Shown: in pieces, positions 10,445 to 21,034 of the stretch | Position numbering within the stretch: the first letter of the stretch is position 1 | Layout: every line of letters starts with the position of its first letter | Assembly (NCBI GenBank): GCA_965223865.1 | Contig: OZ245020.1 | Location: 1,312,001-1,376,000, forward strand | Source: Nitrosarchaeum sp. | GTDB lineage: Archaea > Thermoproteota > Nitrososphaeria > Nitrososphaerales > Nitrosopumilaceae | Direction: 5' to 3' | DNA: 64,000 nucleotides | The notes under the pieces: model-generated | What the model saw: only the letters and a program-made list of their open reading frames with translations | Databases searched by the model: none | What the model was told of the DNA's origin: nothing | Program-made: the position numbers and the translations under genes

Positions 10445-10748
10445 AATTTTCACTAAAATAAAGAGTAAAACTATGACTATTCTATCACAAAAAACATTGG
10501 ATGAAATCCTTGAATATTTGAACAAATCAATAACTAATCTTGCTTTAAATTCAATTGAGATCTCTGAATTTCAAAGTGGTACTCATGATTTTGAAAATTT
10601 TCTTTCCAGTCAGTTTGACATACGACTTGAAAACTTGCTTAAATCAAAAGATAGTAGCATTCATCATTTAGAATCTGGGATGAAAAATATGGTTATTCAA
10701 AAAAAGAAAGAATTACTAAATAACATCAATAACCAATTATCAGACTAG
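10413..10748 (+). CDS. hypothetical protein
   Basis: 111-aa ORF; likely real start at the internal Met (MTILSQ). Confidence 0.65.
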   Translation: MDIILSKDSDKIFTKIKSKTMTILSQKTLDEILEYLNKSITNLALNSIEISEFQSGTHDFENFLSSQFDIRLENLLKSKDSSIHHLESGMKNMVIQKKKELLNNINNQLSD

Positions 10749-12250
10749 ACAAAGGCATCTAAGCCCTTTTTTTGAGGAGGCTCTTGATTCTTTTGGAGTA
10801 CTTTGGTCAATTTTTCACCCATGGATTTAGCAGCTGATATCTTCCTTTTACCAATCCAATAATAGGTCTCATCAATTGTGTCTTTTGCAATCAAGACCAC
10901 TAATTTTCCAGTATCTTTTCTTCCAGTTCTTCCTCTTCTTTGAATGAATCGAATGGAGCTTGGAACATTGTCATAAAACACAACTTGATTTACTTCAGAA
11001 ATATCTAGTCCCTCTTCTCCAACTCGCGTTGCAACTAGCACTCTAAAGATTCCATCTCGAAATTTTTGGACAGTCTCTATTTGCTTTTTTTGTTTTAGTC
11101 CTGTTTCTCCAGCTTTTCCAATCAAAATACCTGCAGGAATTCCCATCTCTGTGAGTTTGTTGAATATGACATCAACTGAATCTCTGTAACTAGTAAATAT
11201 CAAGGCTTTTCCAGGAACTGATTCTATAATCTCTTTTAATTTGGGGATTTTTGAATGCTCGATTCCTTTTGACTGGGCCTCTTTTGCAAGATGTACTGCC
11301 CTTGTAAAGTTTGGATCAACCTCAAAGAGTTCTTTAACTCCTGCTCCTTTTTTTACTCGGGCTCTATCACAAAATTTCAAAAATGGAGTAATTCCATGAG
11401 CCTCCAAAATATTTAACGCATAATGAATTCTAATTGCAGTAAAGAGTGGTTTTGCAGAACGTCTATTTTGATTTAAAACAAATTGTCGTATTCTCAATAA
11501 TGCTGAAAGAGATTTTTGCTCAGCTAGTTTTATTCCATTTTTTCTTAGAGTTTCATATCTTTCATCTAGTGCAAGCTTTAACAAAGTCTGAATAGATTTC
11601 ATTTCTGGGGGAAGATCAACGTTAATCCATTGTATGTTTGTGTGTTGAGTGTATGGTTTTACGTCTGGACTTTCTTCTGTCCTTTCAGCAACACTTGCAA
11701 TTCTGAGTTTTGTTAGAATTTCTGTGGCTTTGTCTTTCTCACTGGGTAACGTAGCTGTCATTCCGAGAATCCTGGCATTTGAATATGCAAACCGTTCGGC
11801 AATTCCAGAATAAGCATAATCTCCTACAGTTCGATGCACCTCATCAAATATGACTAGATTGAATTGATTTGGAGATACAATTTGTCTGTCAAGATCATTT
11901 TTTGCAATTTCAGGAGTTGCACAAATTATACTGTTATTCCAGAGTTTGGATCGTTTCTGTATATTGTCCTCTCCAGTAATTAATGAAATATCCTCAAGAG
12001 TGAGATTCTCTTTAAGAAATTCATAATGTTGGTTGACAAGTACTCTTGTTGGTGCTAAAAACAAAACTCCTCCTATTTCTTTGGCTAAATATTCTGCAAT
12101 TACATGTAATGCAATAGCTGTTTTTCCTAATCCTGTTGGAAGGACTACTATGCAGTTTTCTTGAATTGCTTGGTTGGCCAAATTAACCTGGTAATCTCTT
12201 TTCTCAATAGAGTTTTTTTTCACATACTTTTTTTCAATAAAATCTGTCAA
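10745..12250 (-). CDS. Hef/MPH1-like DEAH-box helicase (no nuclease domain)
   Basis: PTGLGKT, DEVH, TAT, EEGLDI, QRRGRTGR motifs. Confidence 0.9.
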   Translation of the reverse strand: MTDFIEKKYVKKNSIEKRDYQVNLANQAIQENCIVVLPTGLGKTAIALHVIAEYLAKEIGGVLFLAPTRVLVNQHYEFLKENLTLEDISLITGEDNIQKRSKLWNNSIICATPEIAKNDLDRQIVSPNQFNLVIFDEVHRTVGDYAYSGIAERFAYSNARILGMTATLPSEKDKATEILTKLRIASVAERTEESPDVKPYTQHTNIQWINVDLPPEMKSIQTLLKLALDERYETLRKNGIKLAEQKSLSALLRIRQFVLNQNRRSAKPLFTAIRIHYALNILEAHGITPFLKFCDRARVKKGAGVKELFEVDPNFTRAVHLAKEAQSKGIEHSKIPKLKEIIESVPGKALIFTSYRDSVDVIFNKLTEMGIPAGILIGKAGETGLKQKKQIETVQKFRDGIFRVLVATRVGEEGLDISEVNQVVFYDNVPSSIRFIQRRGRTGRKDTGKLVVLIAKDTIDETYYWIGKRKISAAKSMGEKLTKVLQKNQEPPQKKGLDAFV

Positions 12251-12505
12251 CTTTTATGACTCAAATCTTACTTTATTGATTTTATGCTTTCGTATAGCAA
12301 AAAACTAGCCATTACTCAAATATCTATCACGGATTTTAACAGAATTCTTTCAGATTCTACATTGATTATCTGTGATTTTATATAATGATAGATTTTATAC
12401 AATGATAGATTTTATGCTCATTGTAGAACTATCCTCTGAAGAACAGGACGTTTAGTAACAATATACTTTTTAAAAATTAAAAAATAAGAATCAAGAAAAA
12501 ATTGC

Positions 12506-12697
12506 CTATTCTAATTTTTTCTTGGCTTTGTTAATCATTGCTATCTCTTCACGCAGATGTTTTTTTAGTATGCGTTCATGGTCTTTTTTATGAACACTAT
12601 ATGCTTTGTTAAGAGATTGTTTTGATTTTGCTCTCTTTACAGCATTTTGAAATTTTTTGTGAATGACGCTTACTTCAGCTGAATAGCTTGCCATCAA
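12506..12697 (-). CDS. small basic hypothetical protein
   Basis: 63-aa Lys-rich helical ORF. Confidence 0.65.
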   Translation of the reverse strand: MMASYSAEVSVIHKKFQNAVKRAKSKQSLNKAYSVHKKDHERILKKHLREEIAMINKAKKKLE

Positions 12698-12769
12698 ACA
12701 AAATTTTTTCTTTAGCGTTAAAGAAGTTTGCGTATTTGTTGTCTTTAATCAAAATTAACACCGATCAGG

Positions 12770-13333
12770 TTGAATCCATATATTGAACAGTCAGATAAAA
12801 GACTTGTGAGTCAATCTTATGAGAGGCCTAACTGGGATGAATATTTTATGCTTCAAGCAGAATTAGCAAAACTTCGATCAAATTGCATGACAAGACAAGT
12901 TGGTGCTGTAATTGTTCGCAATCATCGACAACTGGCAACTGGATACAATGGAACGCCACCTGGAATCAAAAATTGTTTTGAAGGTGGATGTAAAAGATGC
13001 CAGTTACGAATGGAAGGAAAAATAGAACCAGGGGCTTCTCTTGATAGATGTCTTTGCAATCATGCAGAAGCTAATGCAATAATGCATTGTGCAATTTTGG
13101 GAATAGAGGCTGGAATTGAGGGGGCTGTATTATACACAACTTTTGTGCCCTGTCTTGAATGCACAAAAATGGCCATAACAATTGGTATTAAAAAATTTGT
13201 TTGTCTTGATACTTATCCTGAAACAGACTTTGATTTATTAAAAGAGGCAGGAGTAGAAATAATTCAATTAGAAAAGACAAAGATTGCAAAATGGGCAAGA
13301 GAGCTAGTAAACAAATACGAAAAGTCTGTGTGA
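12770..13333 (+). CDS. dCMP deaminase family protein
   Basis: WDEYFM, TGYNG, HAEANA, PC..C motifs. Confidence 0.9.
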   Translation: MNPYIEQSDKRLVSQSYERPNWDEYFMLQAELAKLRSNCMTRQVGAVIVRNHRQLATGYNGTPPGIKNCFEGGCKRCQLRMEGKIEPGASLDRCLCNHAEANAIMHCAILGIEAGIEGAVLYTTFVPCLECTKMAITIGIKKFVCLDTYPETDFDLLKEAGVEIIQLEKTKIAKWARELVNKYEKSV

Positions 13334-13337
13334 TAAA

Positions 13338-15896
13338 ATGCAAGTTACAGCAACTCATTCTGAAAACACAAAAACAATGCCTCCCTCAATGTTGGTATCT
13401 GCCACATATGATAACATCACCAAATCCGCAGTTTTAAAGTTCTATGACCCAAAATCTCAAAAATTGATTTTATGGAGAGATGAAATTGATCACAAGCCAT
13501 ACTGTTATTCCAGACTGTCTCCTGACGAGTTAGACTTTTTGCAAGAAAGAGATGACATTTTAAAAATTGAGACCGTTCCCAAACATGATTTAATTAAAGA
13601 TGAAGAAATTAAAATGTCAAAAATCACTGTTGCAGACCCACTTGCAATTGGAGGAACAACCGGTGATAAAAGTATTAGAAATATTATAGATACATGGGAG
13701 TCTGACATAAAATATTATGAAAATTATCTCTATGACAGATCACTGATTATCGGAAAATACTATGAAGTTATAGACGGAAAAATAAAATCACATGATTTGG
13801 AAATTTCCGATGAAGTAAAACTTGCGCTAAAGAGTTTGTTGTGGGATAAAGTAGATAGCAAAAGCATGGTAAATTCCAACGAATTCAAAGACTTTATTTC
13901 AGAATGGGCAGACTTGCTCAACCAACCTATTCCTAAAATCAGAAGACTAAGTGTAGACATTGAAGTAGAAGCCGAAATAGGAAGAATACCAGATCCAAAA
14001 GTTGCAGAAAAAAAAGTCACAGCTGTAGGATTCAAGGGAACCGATGGTTTTGATAAAATTTTTGTTCTAAAAACAGAAGGAACAGAAGAAGGAAAAAACG
14101 AATTAGGCCCAAATATAAAGGTGGTATTCTATGATAAAGATAAAGAAAAAGAAATGATTTTAGATTCATTCAAAGTAATTTCTGAATTTCCGTTTGTGGT
14201 AACCTATAATGGTGATGAATTTGATTTACCATATCTATACAACCGAGCAGAAAAACTTGGAATTAAAAAAGAAGACAATCCTCTATACATGATGAGAGAC
14301 TCTGCCACACTAAAACATGGTGTTCATCTTGATTTGTATAGGACTTTATCGAATCGCTCCTTTCAAATTTACGCCTTTAGTCAAAAATATACTGATTTTT
14401 CTTTAAACAGCGTGTGTAAGGCTCTCTTAAACAAGGAAAAAATTGATTATGGGATTGAGATTGATGAATTAAACCTCTATCAAACCGCAAATTATTGTTA
14501 TAATGATGCACTGCTAACTTATGAACTTACAAGCTTCAATAGCGATCTACTAATGAACCTGCTTGTAATTATTGCACGAATTGGAAGAATGCCAATTGAT
14601 GATATTGCAAGAATGGGTGTCTCTCAATGGATTCGCAGTCTTTTGTATTATGAACATCGACAAAGAAATGCCCTTATTCCCAAAAGAGAAGAACTACAAA
14701 GAAGATCCGAAGGAGTCATGTCTGATGCTGTAATAAAGGACAAGAAATACCGTGGAGGATTAGTTGTAGAACCAAAAGAAGGAATTCATTTCAATGTTGT
14801 TGTAATGGACTTTGCAAGTCTATATCCAAGTATCATCAAAGTTAGAAATCTATCATATGAAACTGTAAGATGTCCACATGAAGAGTGCAAAAAAAATGCT
14901 ATTCCACAGACAAATCATTGGACATGTTCCAAAAAAAATGGAATGACTTCACTAATCATTGGTTCTCTGAGAGATTTGAGAGTAAATTACTACAAAAGTC
15001 TCTCAAAAAAAGATACACTCTCAGCAGAACAAAGACAACAATATACAGTTGTCAGTCAAGCCCTTAAGGTGATTCTAAATGCAAGCTATGGCGTAATGGG
15101 CGCAGAAATTTTTCCTCTCTATTTTTTACCTGCAGCAGAAGCTACTACTGCTATTGGAAGATATACAATTTTAGAAACAATAAAAAAATGTGAAGGAACT
15201 GGAATTGAAGTTCTTTATGGCGATACCGATTCTCTATTTATTAAAAATCCTACTGAAGAACAAATTCAAAAGGTAATAGAACAAGCAAAAGAAGATCATG
15301 GTGTAGATTTAGAGATTGACAAAGTTTATCGGTATTGTGTGTTAAGTAATAGAAAGAAAAATTATCTCGGTGTAACAAAGGAAGGAAAAGTTGATGTTAA
15401 AGGCTTGACTGGAAAAAAATCTCACACACCACCTTTTATCAAAAAATTATTTTATGACCTGCTTGATGTCTTGTCAAAAGTAGAAACAACTGAAGGCTTT
15501 GAGAGAGCAAAAAAACAAATTTCAGATAAAATTGCAACATGTGCAAAAAAAGTTGAAGAAAAGGAAATCCCTTTACAAGACTTGACATTTAATGTAATGA
15601 TAAGCAAAGCCCCATCAGAATATGTAAAAACAATTCCACAGCATATCAGGGCAGCAAAATTACTTGAATCAATAAGAGAAGTAAAAAAAGGTGACAAGAT
15701 ATCCTACGTAAAAATTCTCAACAAGCCAGGAGTAAAACCTGTAGAAATGGCAAAGAAAGAAGAAATTGATTCGAAGAAATACATGGAATTTATGGAATCT
15801 ACGTTAGAACAAATTACATCTTCGATGGATTTGGATTTTGATACCATGCTTGGTAAACCAAAACAAACGGGATTAGACGAATTTTTCTGGAACTAG
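13338..15896 (+). CDS. polB: family B DNA polymerase (PolB1)
   Basis: DIE, YNGD.FD exonuclease motifs; DFASLYPS, K...N..YG, YGDTDS polymerase motifs; C-terminal PIP-like QTGLDEFF. Confidence 0.97.
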   Translation: MQVTATHSENTKTMPPSMLVSATYDNITKSAVLKFYDPKSQKLILWRDEIDHKPYCYSRLSPDELDFLQERDDILKIETVPKHDLIKDEEIKMSKITVADPLAIGGTTGDKSIRNIIDTWESDIKYYENYLYDRSLIIGKYYEVIDGKIKSHDLEISDEVKLALKSLLWDKVDSKSMVNSNEFKDFISEWADLLNQPIPKIRRLSVDIEVEAEIGRIPDPKVAEKKVTAVGFKGTDGFDKIFVLKTEGTEEGKNELGPNIKVVFYDKDKEKEMILDSFKVISEFPFVVTYNGDEFDLPYLYNRAEKLGIKKEDNPLYMMRDSATLKHGVHLDLYRTLSNRSFQIYAFSQKYTDFSLNSVCKALLNKEKIDYGIEIDELNLYQTANYCYNDALLTYELTSFNSDLLMNLLVIIARIGRMPIDDIARMGVSQWIRSLLYYEHRQRNALIPKREELQRRSEGVMSDAVIKDKKYRGGLVVEPKEGIHFNVVVMDFASLYPSIIKVRNLSYETVRCPHEECKKNAIPQTNHWTCSKKNGMTSLIIGSLRDLRVNYYKSLSKKDTLSAEQRQQYTVVSQALKVILNASYGVMGAEIFPLYFLPAAEATTAIGRYTILETIKKCEGTGIEVLYGDTDSLFIKNPTEEQIQKVIEQAKEDHGVDLEIDKVYRYCVLSNRKKNYLGVTKEGKVDVKGLTGKKSHTPPFIKKLFYDLLDVLSKVETTEGFERAKKQISDKIATCAKKVEEKEIPLQDLTFNVMISKAPSEYVKTIPQHIRAAKLLESIREVKKGDKISYVKILNKPGVKPVEMAKKEEIDSKKYMEFMESTLEQITSSMDLDFDTMLGKPKQTGLDEFFWN

Positions 15897-15907
15897 AGTG
15901 AAACAAT

Positions 15908-16192
15908 ATGGAAATTGATGGAACACTACTTACTATTCTAGGTGTAGCTGCTGGTGTTTTAATTTTATCTGGATGGGTAGAACAAATAATTAAAGGATAT
16001 AAGACAAAAAGTCTCAAAGATGTATCAAAATATTTAATGATTTTTATTTCGGCAGGAGCAATTTTGTGGCTAGTTTATGGTTTTGTTGTATCTGACATTT
16101 TTATCATAGGTACTAATCTAGCAGCAATAGTTCTAATGATGACGGTTCTAGCAATGAAGAAAAGATATGACAAAATAAAATCAAATATCTAG
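15908..16192 (+). CDS. SemiSWEET/PQ-loop family membrane protein
   Basis: 3 TM helices; QIIK.YKTKS.KDVS ... W..YG motif. Confidence 0.8.
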   Translation: MEIDGTLLTILGVAAGVLILSGWVEQIIKGYKTKSLKDVSKYLMIFISAGAILWLVYGFVVSDIFIIGTNLAAIVLMMTVLAMKKRYDKIKSNI

Positions 16193-16225
16193 ATCGAATC
16201 AAGAATTAAATAGAATACACAAAGT

Positions 16226-16894
16226 TTGAAAGAAAGAATGTTCATTATTAATGCTAAAAATTATGAAGAGATTGCAGGGGACAAAATAATAAAATTTGTA
16301 AAAACAGCTGAAAAAATTTCAAAAAAACATAAAATTAAAATCGCAATAGCACCTCCCCAACATCTTATAGGATTAGTAGCAAAAAGTTCTATTCCAATTT
16401 TAGCTCAGCATATTGATGATTCCAAAGTAGGAAGTACAACCGGATTTGTGATTCCAGAATTACTTAAAAAATCCGAAGTAAGCGGTTCACTGATTAATCA
16501 CAGTGAACACAGAATTTCAAGTAAAGAAATTGAAAAACTTGTATTGAAACTAAAAGAACTAAAAATGATTTCTGTATTGTGTGTCAAAGATGTAGCCGAG
16601 GCAAGAAAATATGCAAAATTAAACCCAAATTTTATTGCAATAGAGCCTCCTGAACTAATTGGTTCAGGAAAAGCAGTATCAAAAGAAAGACCTGAACTAA
16701 TAACCAAAGCAGCAGATGCGGTAAAGGCAGCAAAAAACAATACAAAGCTACTTTGTGGTGCAGGAATAGTTTCTGGAGAAGATGTCGCAAAAGCTGTAGA
16801 ATTAGGATCTAAAGGAATTCTGGTTGCAAGTGGGATAGTCAAGGCAAAAGATTGGAACAAGATAATGTCTGAATTTGCCAAATCAATGGTTTAA
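16226..16894 (+). CDS. tpiA: triosephosphate isomerase (archaeal type)
   Basis: N.KNY, NHSE, EPPELIG.G, CGAGI, LVASG. Confidence 0.95.
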   Translation: MKERMFIINAKNYEEIAGDKIIKFVKTAEKISKKHKIKIAIAPPQHLIGLVAKSSIPILAQHIDDSKVGSTTGFVIPELLKKSEVSGSLINHSEHRISSKEIEKLVLKLKELKMISVLCVKDVAEARKYAKLNPNFIAIEPPELIGSGKAVSKERPELITKAADAVKAAKNNTKLLCGAGIVSGEDVAKAVELGSKGILVASGIVKAKDWNKIMSEFAKSMV

Positions 16895-16927
16895 TACCCC
16901 CTTTTTCAGACTTGATAATCGTAAAAA

Positions 16928-19597
16928 ATGAAACAGGTTTATTTTTTTGATGAAGGAGACGGTAAAAACAAGAAACTCTTAGGAGGAAAAGGAGCCGGTC
17001 TATGCGAAATGACCCGACTAAAGCTACCCGTACCCCCGGGATTTATAATTACAACTGAGGTTTGTAAAAAATACTATGAAAATAAAAATAAACTGCCAAA
17101 AACACTCATGGCAGAAGTAAAAAAGAATATTGTAAAAATTGAAAAACAAACGGGAAAAAAATGGAATTCTAAATCAAACCCACTTTTGGTATCTGTAAGG
17201 TCTGGTGCGGCAATATCTATGCCAGGAATGATGGATACTATTTTGAATTTAGGCCTTAATGATCAAACAGTAATTGGATTATCCGAAAAAAGTAACAATC
17301 CAAGATTTGCCTGGGACTCTTATAGAAGATTCATTCAGTTATTTGGAAAAGTTGTATTTGGAGTAGATGATAAGAAATTTGATGATGTTTTAAATGCAGC
17401 AAAAGAAAAACAAAATGTAGAGGCTGACAGTGATTTAAACGAAGAATCACTAAGGGAGATTGTAGAGGAATACAAAAAAATCTGTGAAAATCATACAAAA
17501 AGAGAATTTCCATCTGATCCTACCGAACAGTTAGAGCTTGCAATCAAGGCAGTATTTGGCAGCTGGATGGGAGAAAGAGCAATTGTATATAGAGAGAAAA
17601 ATAACATTACCAAAGATATCGCAGATGGTACTGGCGTAAATGTAGTATCTATGGCATTTGGAAACATGGGAAACGATAGTGCCACTGGCGTTGTGTTTAC
17701 AAGAAATCCTGGAGATGGCTCCCGTCACATTTATGGTGAATATCTTGTAAATGCTCAAGGAGAAGATGTTGTAGCAGGAGTTAGAACTGGAAAACAAGTA
17801 GATGAGATGAAAAAAGAACTTCCAGATTCATACAAACAATTAGCCAAAACATGTGAACGACTAGAAAAACATTACAGAGAACCACAAGACATTGAGTTTA
17901 CAATTGAACAAGGACGATTTTATTTACTGCAAACAAGAAATGCAAAAATGAATGCAGTTGGAATGGTAAAAACATCAGTTGATATGGTTAAAGAAAAACT
18001 AATTGATAAAAAAAGATCAATTACAAGACTACAAGCTGAACAATTAGAACAACTATTGCACAAAACTATTGATTCAAGTGCTATCAAAAACTCGGCCATT
18101 TTTGTAAAAGGAATTGCCGCATCTCCCGGAGCTGCAAGTGGTTTGGCAGTGTTTGATGTAAAAAGAGCAACAACAATGGGAGAAAATGGTGCCAAAATAA
18201 TTCTGATCAGAGAAGAGACAAAACCAGAAGATGTACCTGCATTTTTTGAATCCGTTGGAATTTTGACTAGTAGAGGTGGAAAAACATCACATGCAGCAGT
18301 AGTTGCACGAGGAATGGGAAAACCATGCATTGTTGGATGTTCTGAGTTGAAAATTGATTATGATAACAAACAATGTACTGTTGATGGAAAAACTGTTCAG
18401 GAAGGAGAAGTAATAACAATTGATGGTAGCACTGGCTCTGTATTTCTTGGAGAAATCCCAACAATTGAACCAAAAATCACCAAAGATTTCAAGACAATAT
18501 TAGAATGGGCACAACAAGCAAAAAAGATTGGAATCAGGGCTAATGCCGATACCCCAGAAGGTGCTAAATTGGCAAAGGAGTTTGGCGGTCAGGGAATTGG
18601 ATTGTGCAGAACAGAAAGAATGTTCAACGGAAAGGACAGAATTGGTCTATTTGTAGATATGATAATGGCTGAAAATATTGAGGAAAGAAAGAAAGTTCTA
18701 AACAAATTAGGCCAATTACAAAAAAGTGATTTTATTGAAATTCTTAAAACTATGAAAGGTTTTCCCGTTACAATTCGACTTTTAGATCCTCCACTACACG
18801 AATTTTTACCAAACCCTGAAGAATTGGCTGAAAAGATTCACAAATTAGAATCACAAAATGAAAAAGAAGAAATTGAGAATACAAGAATTATTCTACAAAG
18901 AGCAAGAGAATTAGCAGAGATAAACCCTATGATGGGACATCGAGGAGTACGAGTAGGCATTACATATCCTGAAATTTATGAGATGCAAATTCGTGCTGTG
19001 TTTGAAGCCGCAGCAGAATTGGCAAAAAAGAAGGTTGATGCTCATCCACAAATCATGATTCCTCAAATTAGCAATGTTGCAGAATTAAATCACATAAAGA
19101 AGATTTATGATAAAATCAAAAAAGAAATGGAATCAAAACACAAAATGAAGCTAAAGATTAATTTTGGAACAATGATTGAAGTTGTAAGAGCCGCCTTAAC
19201 TGCAAATGAACTTGCAGAGACTGCAGAATTCTTTAGCTTTGGTACAAACGATCTTACACAAGGCACCTTTAGTTTTAGTCGTGAAGATGTAGAAGGAAAA
19301 TTTCTGCCCGAATATATGGATAAGGAAATTCTTGAGCGAAACCCATTTCAATCAATTGATGTTATTGGCTTAGGTAGTTTGATGAAGATTGGAATTACAA
19401 ATGGCCGTCAAATTAAACCCAAAATGGAAATAGGAATTTGTGGAGAGCATGGAGGAGATCCAAATTCCATTAAATTCTGTCATGGTGTTGGATTGAGTTA
19501 TGTTAGTGCTTCTCCTCACAGAATTCCAATTGCAATAGTTGCAGCCGCACAAGCAGCAATAGAGCAACCAAAGAAAATTGCAAAAAAGAAAAAGTAA
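16928..19597 (+). CDS. ppdK: pyruvate, phosphate dikinase
   Basis: LLGGKGAGL, SVRSGA..SMPGMMDT, GGKTSHAAV, FSFGTNDL, ICGEHGG. Confidence 0.97.
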   Translation: MKQVYFFDEGDGKNKKLLGGKGAGLCEMTRLKLPVPPGFIITTEVCKKYYENKNKLPKTLMAEVKKNIVKIEKQTGKKWNSKSNPLLVSVRSGAAISMPGMMDTILNLGLNDQTVIGLSEKSNNPRFAWDSYRRFIQLFGKVVFGVDDKKFDDVLNAAKEKQNVEADSDLNEESLREIVEEYKKICENHTKREFPSDPTEQLELAIKAVFGSWMGERAIVYREKNNITKDIADGTGVNVVSMAFGNMGNDSATGVVFTRNPGDGSRHIYGEYLVNAQGEDVVAGVRTGKQVDEMKKELPDSYKQLAKTCERLEKHYREPQDIEFTIEQGRFYLLQTRNAKMNAVGMVKTSVDMVKEKLIDKKRSITRLQAEQLEQLLHKTIDSSAIKNSAIFVKGIAASPGAASGLAVFDVKRATTMGENGAKIILIREETKPEDVPAFFESVGILTSRGGKTSHAAVVARGMGKPCIVGCSELKIDYDNKQCTVDGKTVQEGEVITIDGSTGSVFLGEIPTIEPKITKDFKTILEWAQQAKKIGIRANADTPEGAKLAKEFGGQGIGLCRTERMFNGKDRIGLFVDMIMAENIEERKKVLNKLGQLQKSDFIEILKTMKGFPVTIRLLDPPLHEFLPNPEELAEKIHKLESQNEKEEIENTRIILQRARELAEINPMMGHRGVRVGITYPEIYEMQIRAVFEAAAELAKKKVDAHPQIMIPQISNVAELNHIKKIYDKIKKEMESKHKMKLKINFGTMIEVVRAALTANELAETAEFFSFGTNDLTQGTFSFSREDVEGKFLPEYMDKEILERNPFQSIDVIGLGSLMKIGITNGRQIKPKMEIGICGEHGGDPNSIKFCHGVGLSYVSASPHRIPIAIVAAAQAAIEQPKKIAKKKK

Positions 19598-19643
19598 ACC
19601 ATACAGCAGATTTTAAAATAAGCAAATCACTTACAATAGTAAA

Positions 19644-20201
19644 TTGCTTCCTAGAATTGATTCAATAAAACAAATGAGACAAAAAATTGGCATTACCCAA
19701 AAAAAACTAGCTACTATGACAGGGGTAAGCACTTCTATGATCAACCAAATAGAATCAGGTCGAAGCCAACCAAGTTACGATACTGCAAAAAAAATTTTTG
19801 ATAGTTTAGCAAATTTGGAAGGAAAATCTTCTTCTCATATTGCAGGTGATTTTTGCAGTAAAGATATTGTAAAACTAAAACCAAAAAACACCTTACACGA
19901 TGCAATAAAAAAAATGCATCAGCTATCTATTAGCCAAATTCCTGTCTTTAATGGTCAGGATTTGGTAGGAATTGTTTCAGAGGATGGAATTGTAAAACAT
20001 CTTGCAGATGTAGGTGAGGCAGAATTGAAAAATGCAAAATTGGCAGATACTATGGAGCCCGTTCCACCAATTGTAGATTATAATACTCCTGCAAATGTTC
20101 TAGTGCCACTCATTAGATACTCAAAATGTATACTGGTTTCAAAAAATTCAAAATTTATTGGAATCATTACTGCATCTGACACATTAAAAATGATGGAATG
20201 A
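19644..20201 (+). CDS. XRE-HTH plus CBS-pair transcriptional regulator
   Basis: N-terminal HTH (TQKKLA...GVS..MINQIESGR); two CBS domains. Confidence 0.9.
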   Translation: MLPRIDSIKQMRQKIGITQKKLATMTGVSTSMINQIESGRSQPSYDTAKKIFDSLANLEGKSSSHIAGDFCSKDIVKLKPKNTLHDAIKKMHQLSISQIPVFNGQDLVGIVSEDGIVKHLADVGEAELKNAKLADTMEPVPPIVDYNTPANVLVPLIRYSKCILVSKNSKFIGIITASDTLKMME

Positions 20202-20212
20202 TTTTAAAAAAA

Positions 20213-20608
20213 TTACTTTGGATGCGAACATAATTCAGCCAAAACACCATGTAGTGATTTTGGATGAATAAAAGTAACCTTTGTTCCTGCGGAACCTGGT
20301 CTTATTTGACCCAAGAATTGTACTCCGCATCCTTCCATTCTTGTTACCTCTCCTTCTATGTTGTCAGTTTCCAAAGCCATATGATGTAGGCCTTGTCCTT
20401 TTTTCTCTAGGAATTTCTTAATTGGACTATTTTCGTTTGTAGGTTGCATAAGCTCAATTCTTCCATTTTCCAGATGGATGATTGCTACTTTGACGCCTTC
20501 GGTTTCGACCGTCTCAAATTCAACATCATCAACTCCTAATGCTTCTTGGTATTTTTTTGCTGATTCTTCCACATCATTTACTGCTATTGCAATATGATCG
20601 ATTTTCAT
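20213..20608 (-). CDS. mce: methylmalonyl-CoA epimerase
   Basis: IDHIAIAV, IELMQP, GLHH.A, FIHPK..HGVLAEL. Confidence 0.92.
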   Translation of the reverse strand: MKIDHIAIAVNDVEESAKKYQEALGVDDVEFETVETEGVKVAIIHLENGRIELMQPTNENSPIKKFLEKKGQGLHHMALETDNIEGEVTRMEGCGVQFLGQIRPGSAGTKVTFIHPKSLHGVLAELCSHPK

Positions 20609-20750
20609 CTAATCTCTATATCATATTGATGTCTATATTTGGTTTTTTGATCTGTAAAATTTAAGAATAAAATTGCTTTAGAAATTAGTAATTGTTGAAA
20701 ATTGTTCATTTTTACAATAAAGACAATCTTTTCAGCGATAAAATTATTCT

Positions 20751-20900
20751 TCAACCTAACCTTTCAATCTCTGATCGAGTTTGGTTTAATTCTTTTTCTA
20801 ATTTTATTTTATCATTTTCAGAAAGTGAATTATCGCATAATCTCTGCAAAATCAGAAATTCCTTGTTTTTTAACGAAGTAAGATAATTTTGTTCAGTCAT
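20751..20900 (-). CDS. small coiled-coil hypothetical protein (49 aa, not in ORF track)
   Basis: Hand translation MTEQNYLTSLKNKEFLILQRLCDNSLSENDKIKLEKELNQTRSEIERLG. Confidence 0.55.
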   Translation of the reverse strand: MTEQNYLTSLKNKEFLILQRLCDNSLSENDKIKLEKELNQTRSEIERLG

Positions 20901-21034
20901 GAATTTCAAAATATTTCTTTGAACTTAAAATTTTCTTTAATTTTCAAAAAGAAAATAATTTAGTAACAAAATCAAATTTGGTAAAATTCAGAACACCATT
21001 AATCTCAAATTATATGATCTCAAACACAAACTAA

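Noticed and set aside
13338-15896. PolB as the polymerase of the mobile element
   Set aside because: Typical cellular PolB1 in housekeeping context (dCMP deaminase, tpiA, ppdK), outside the element
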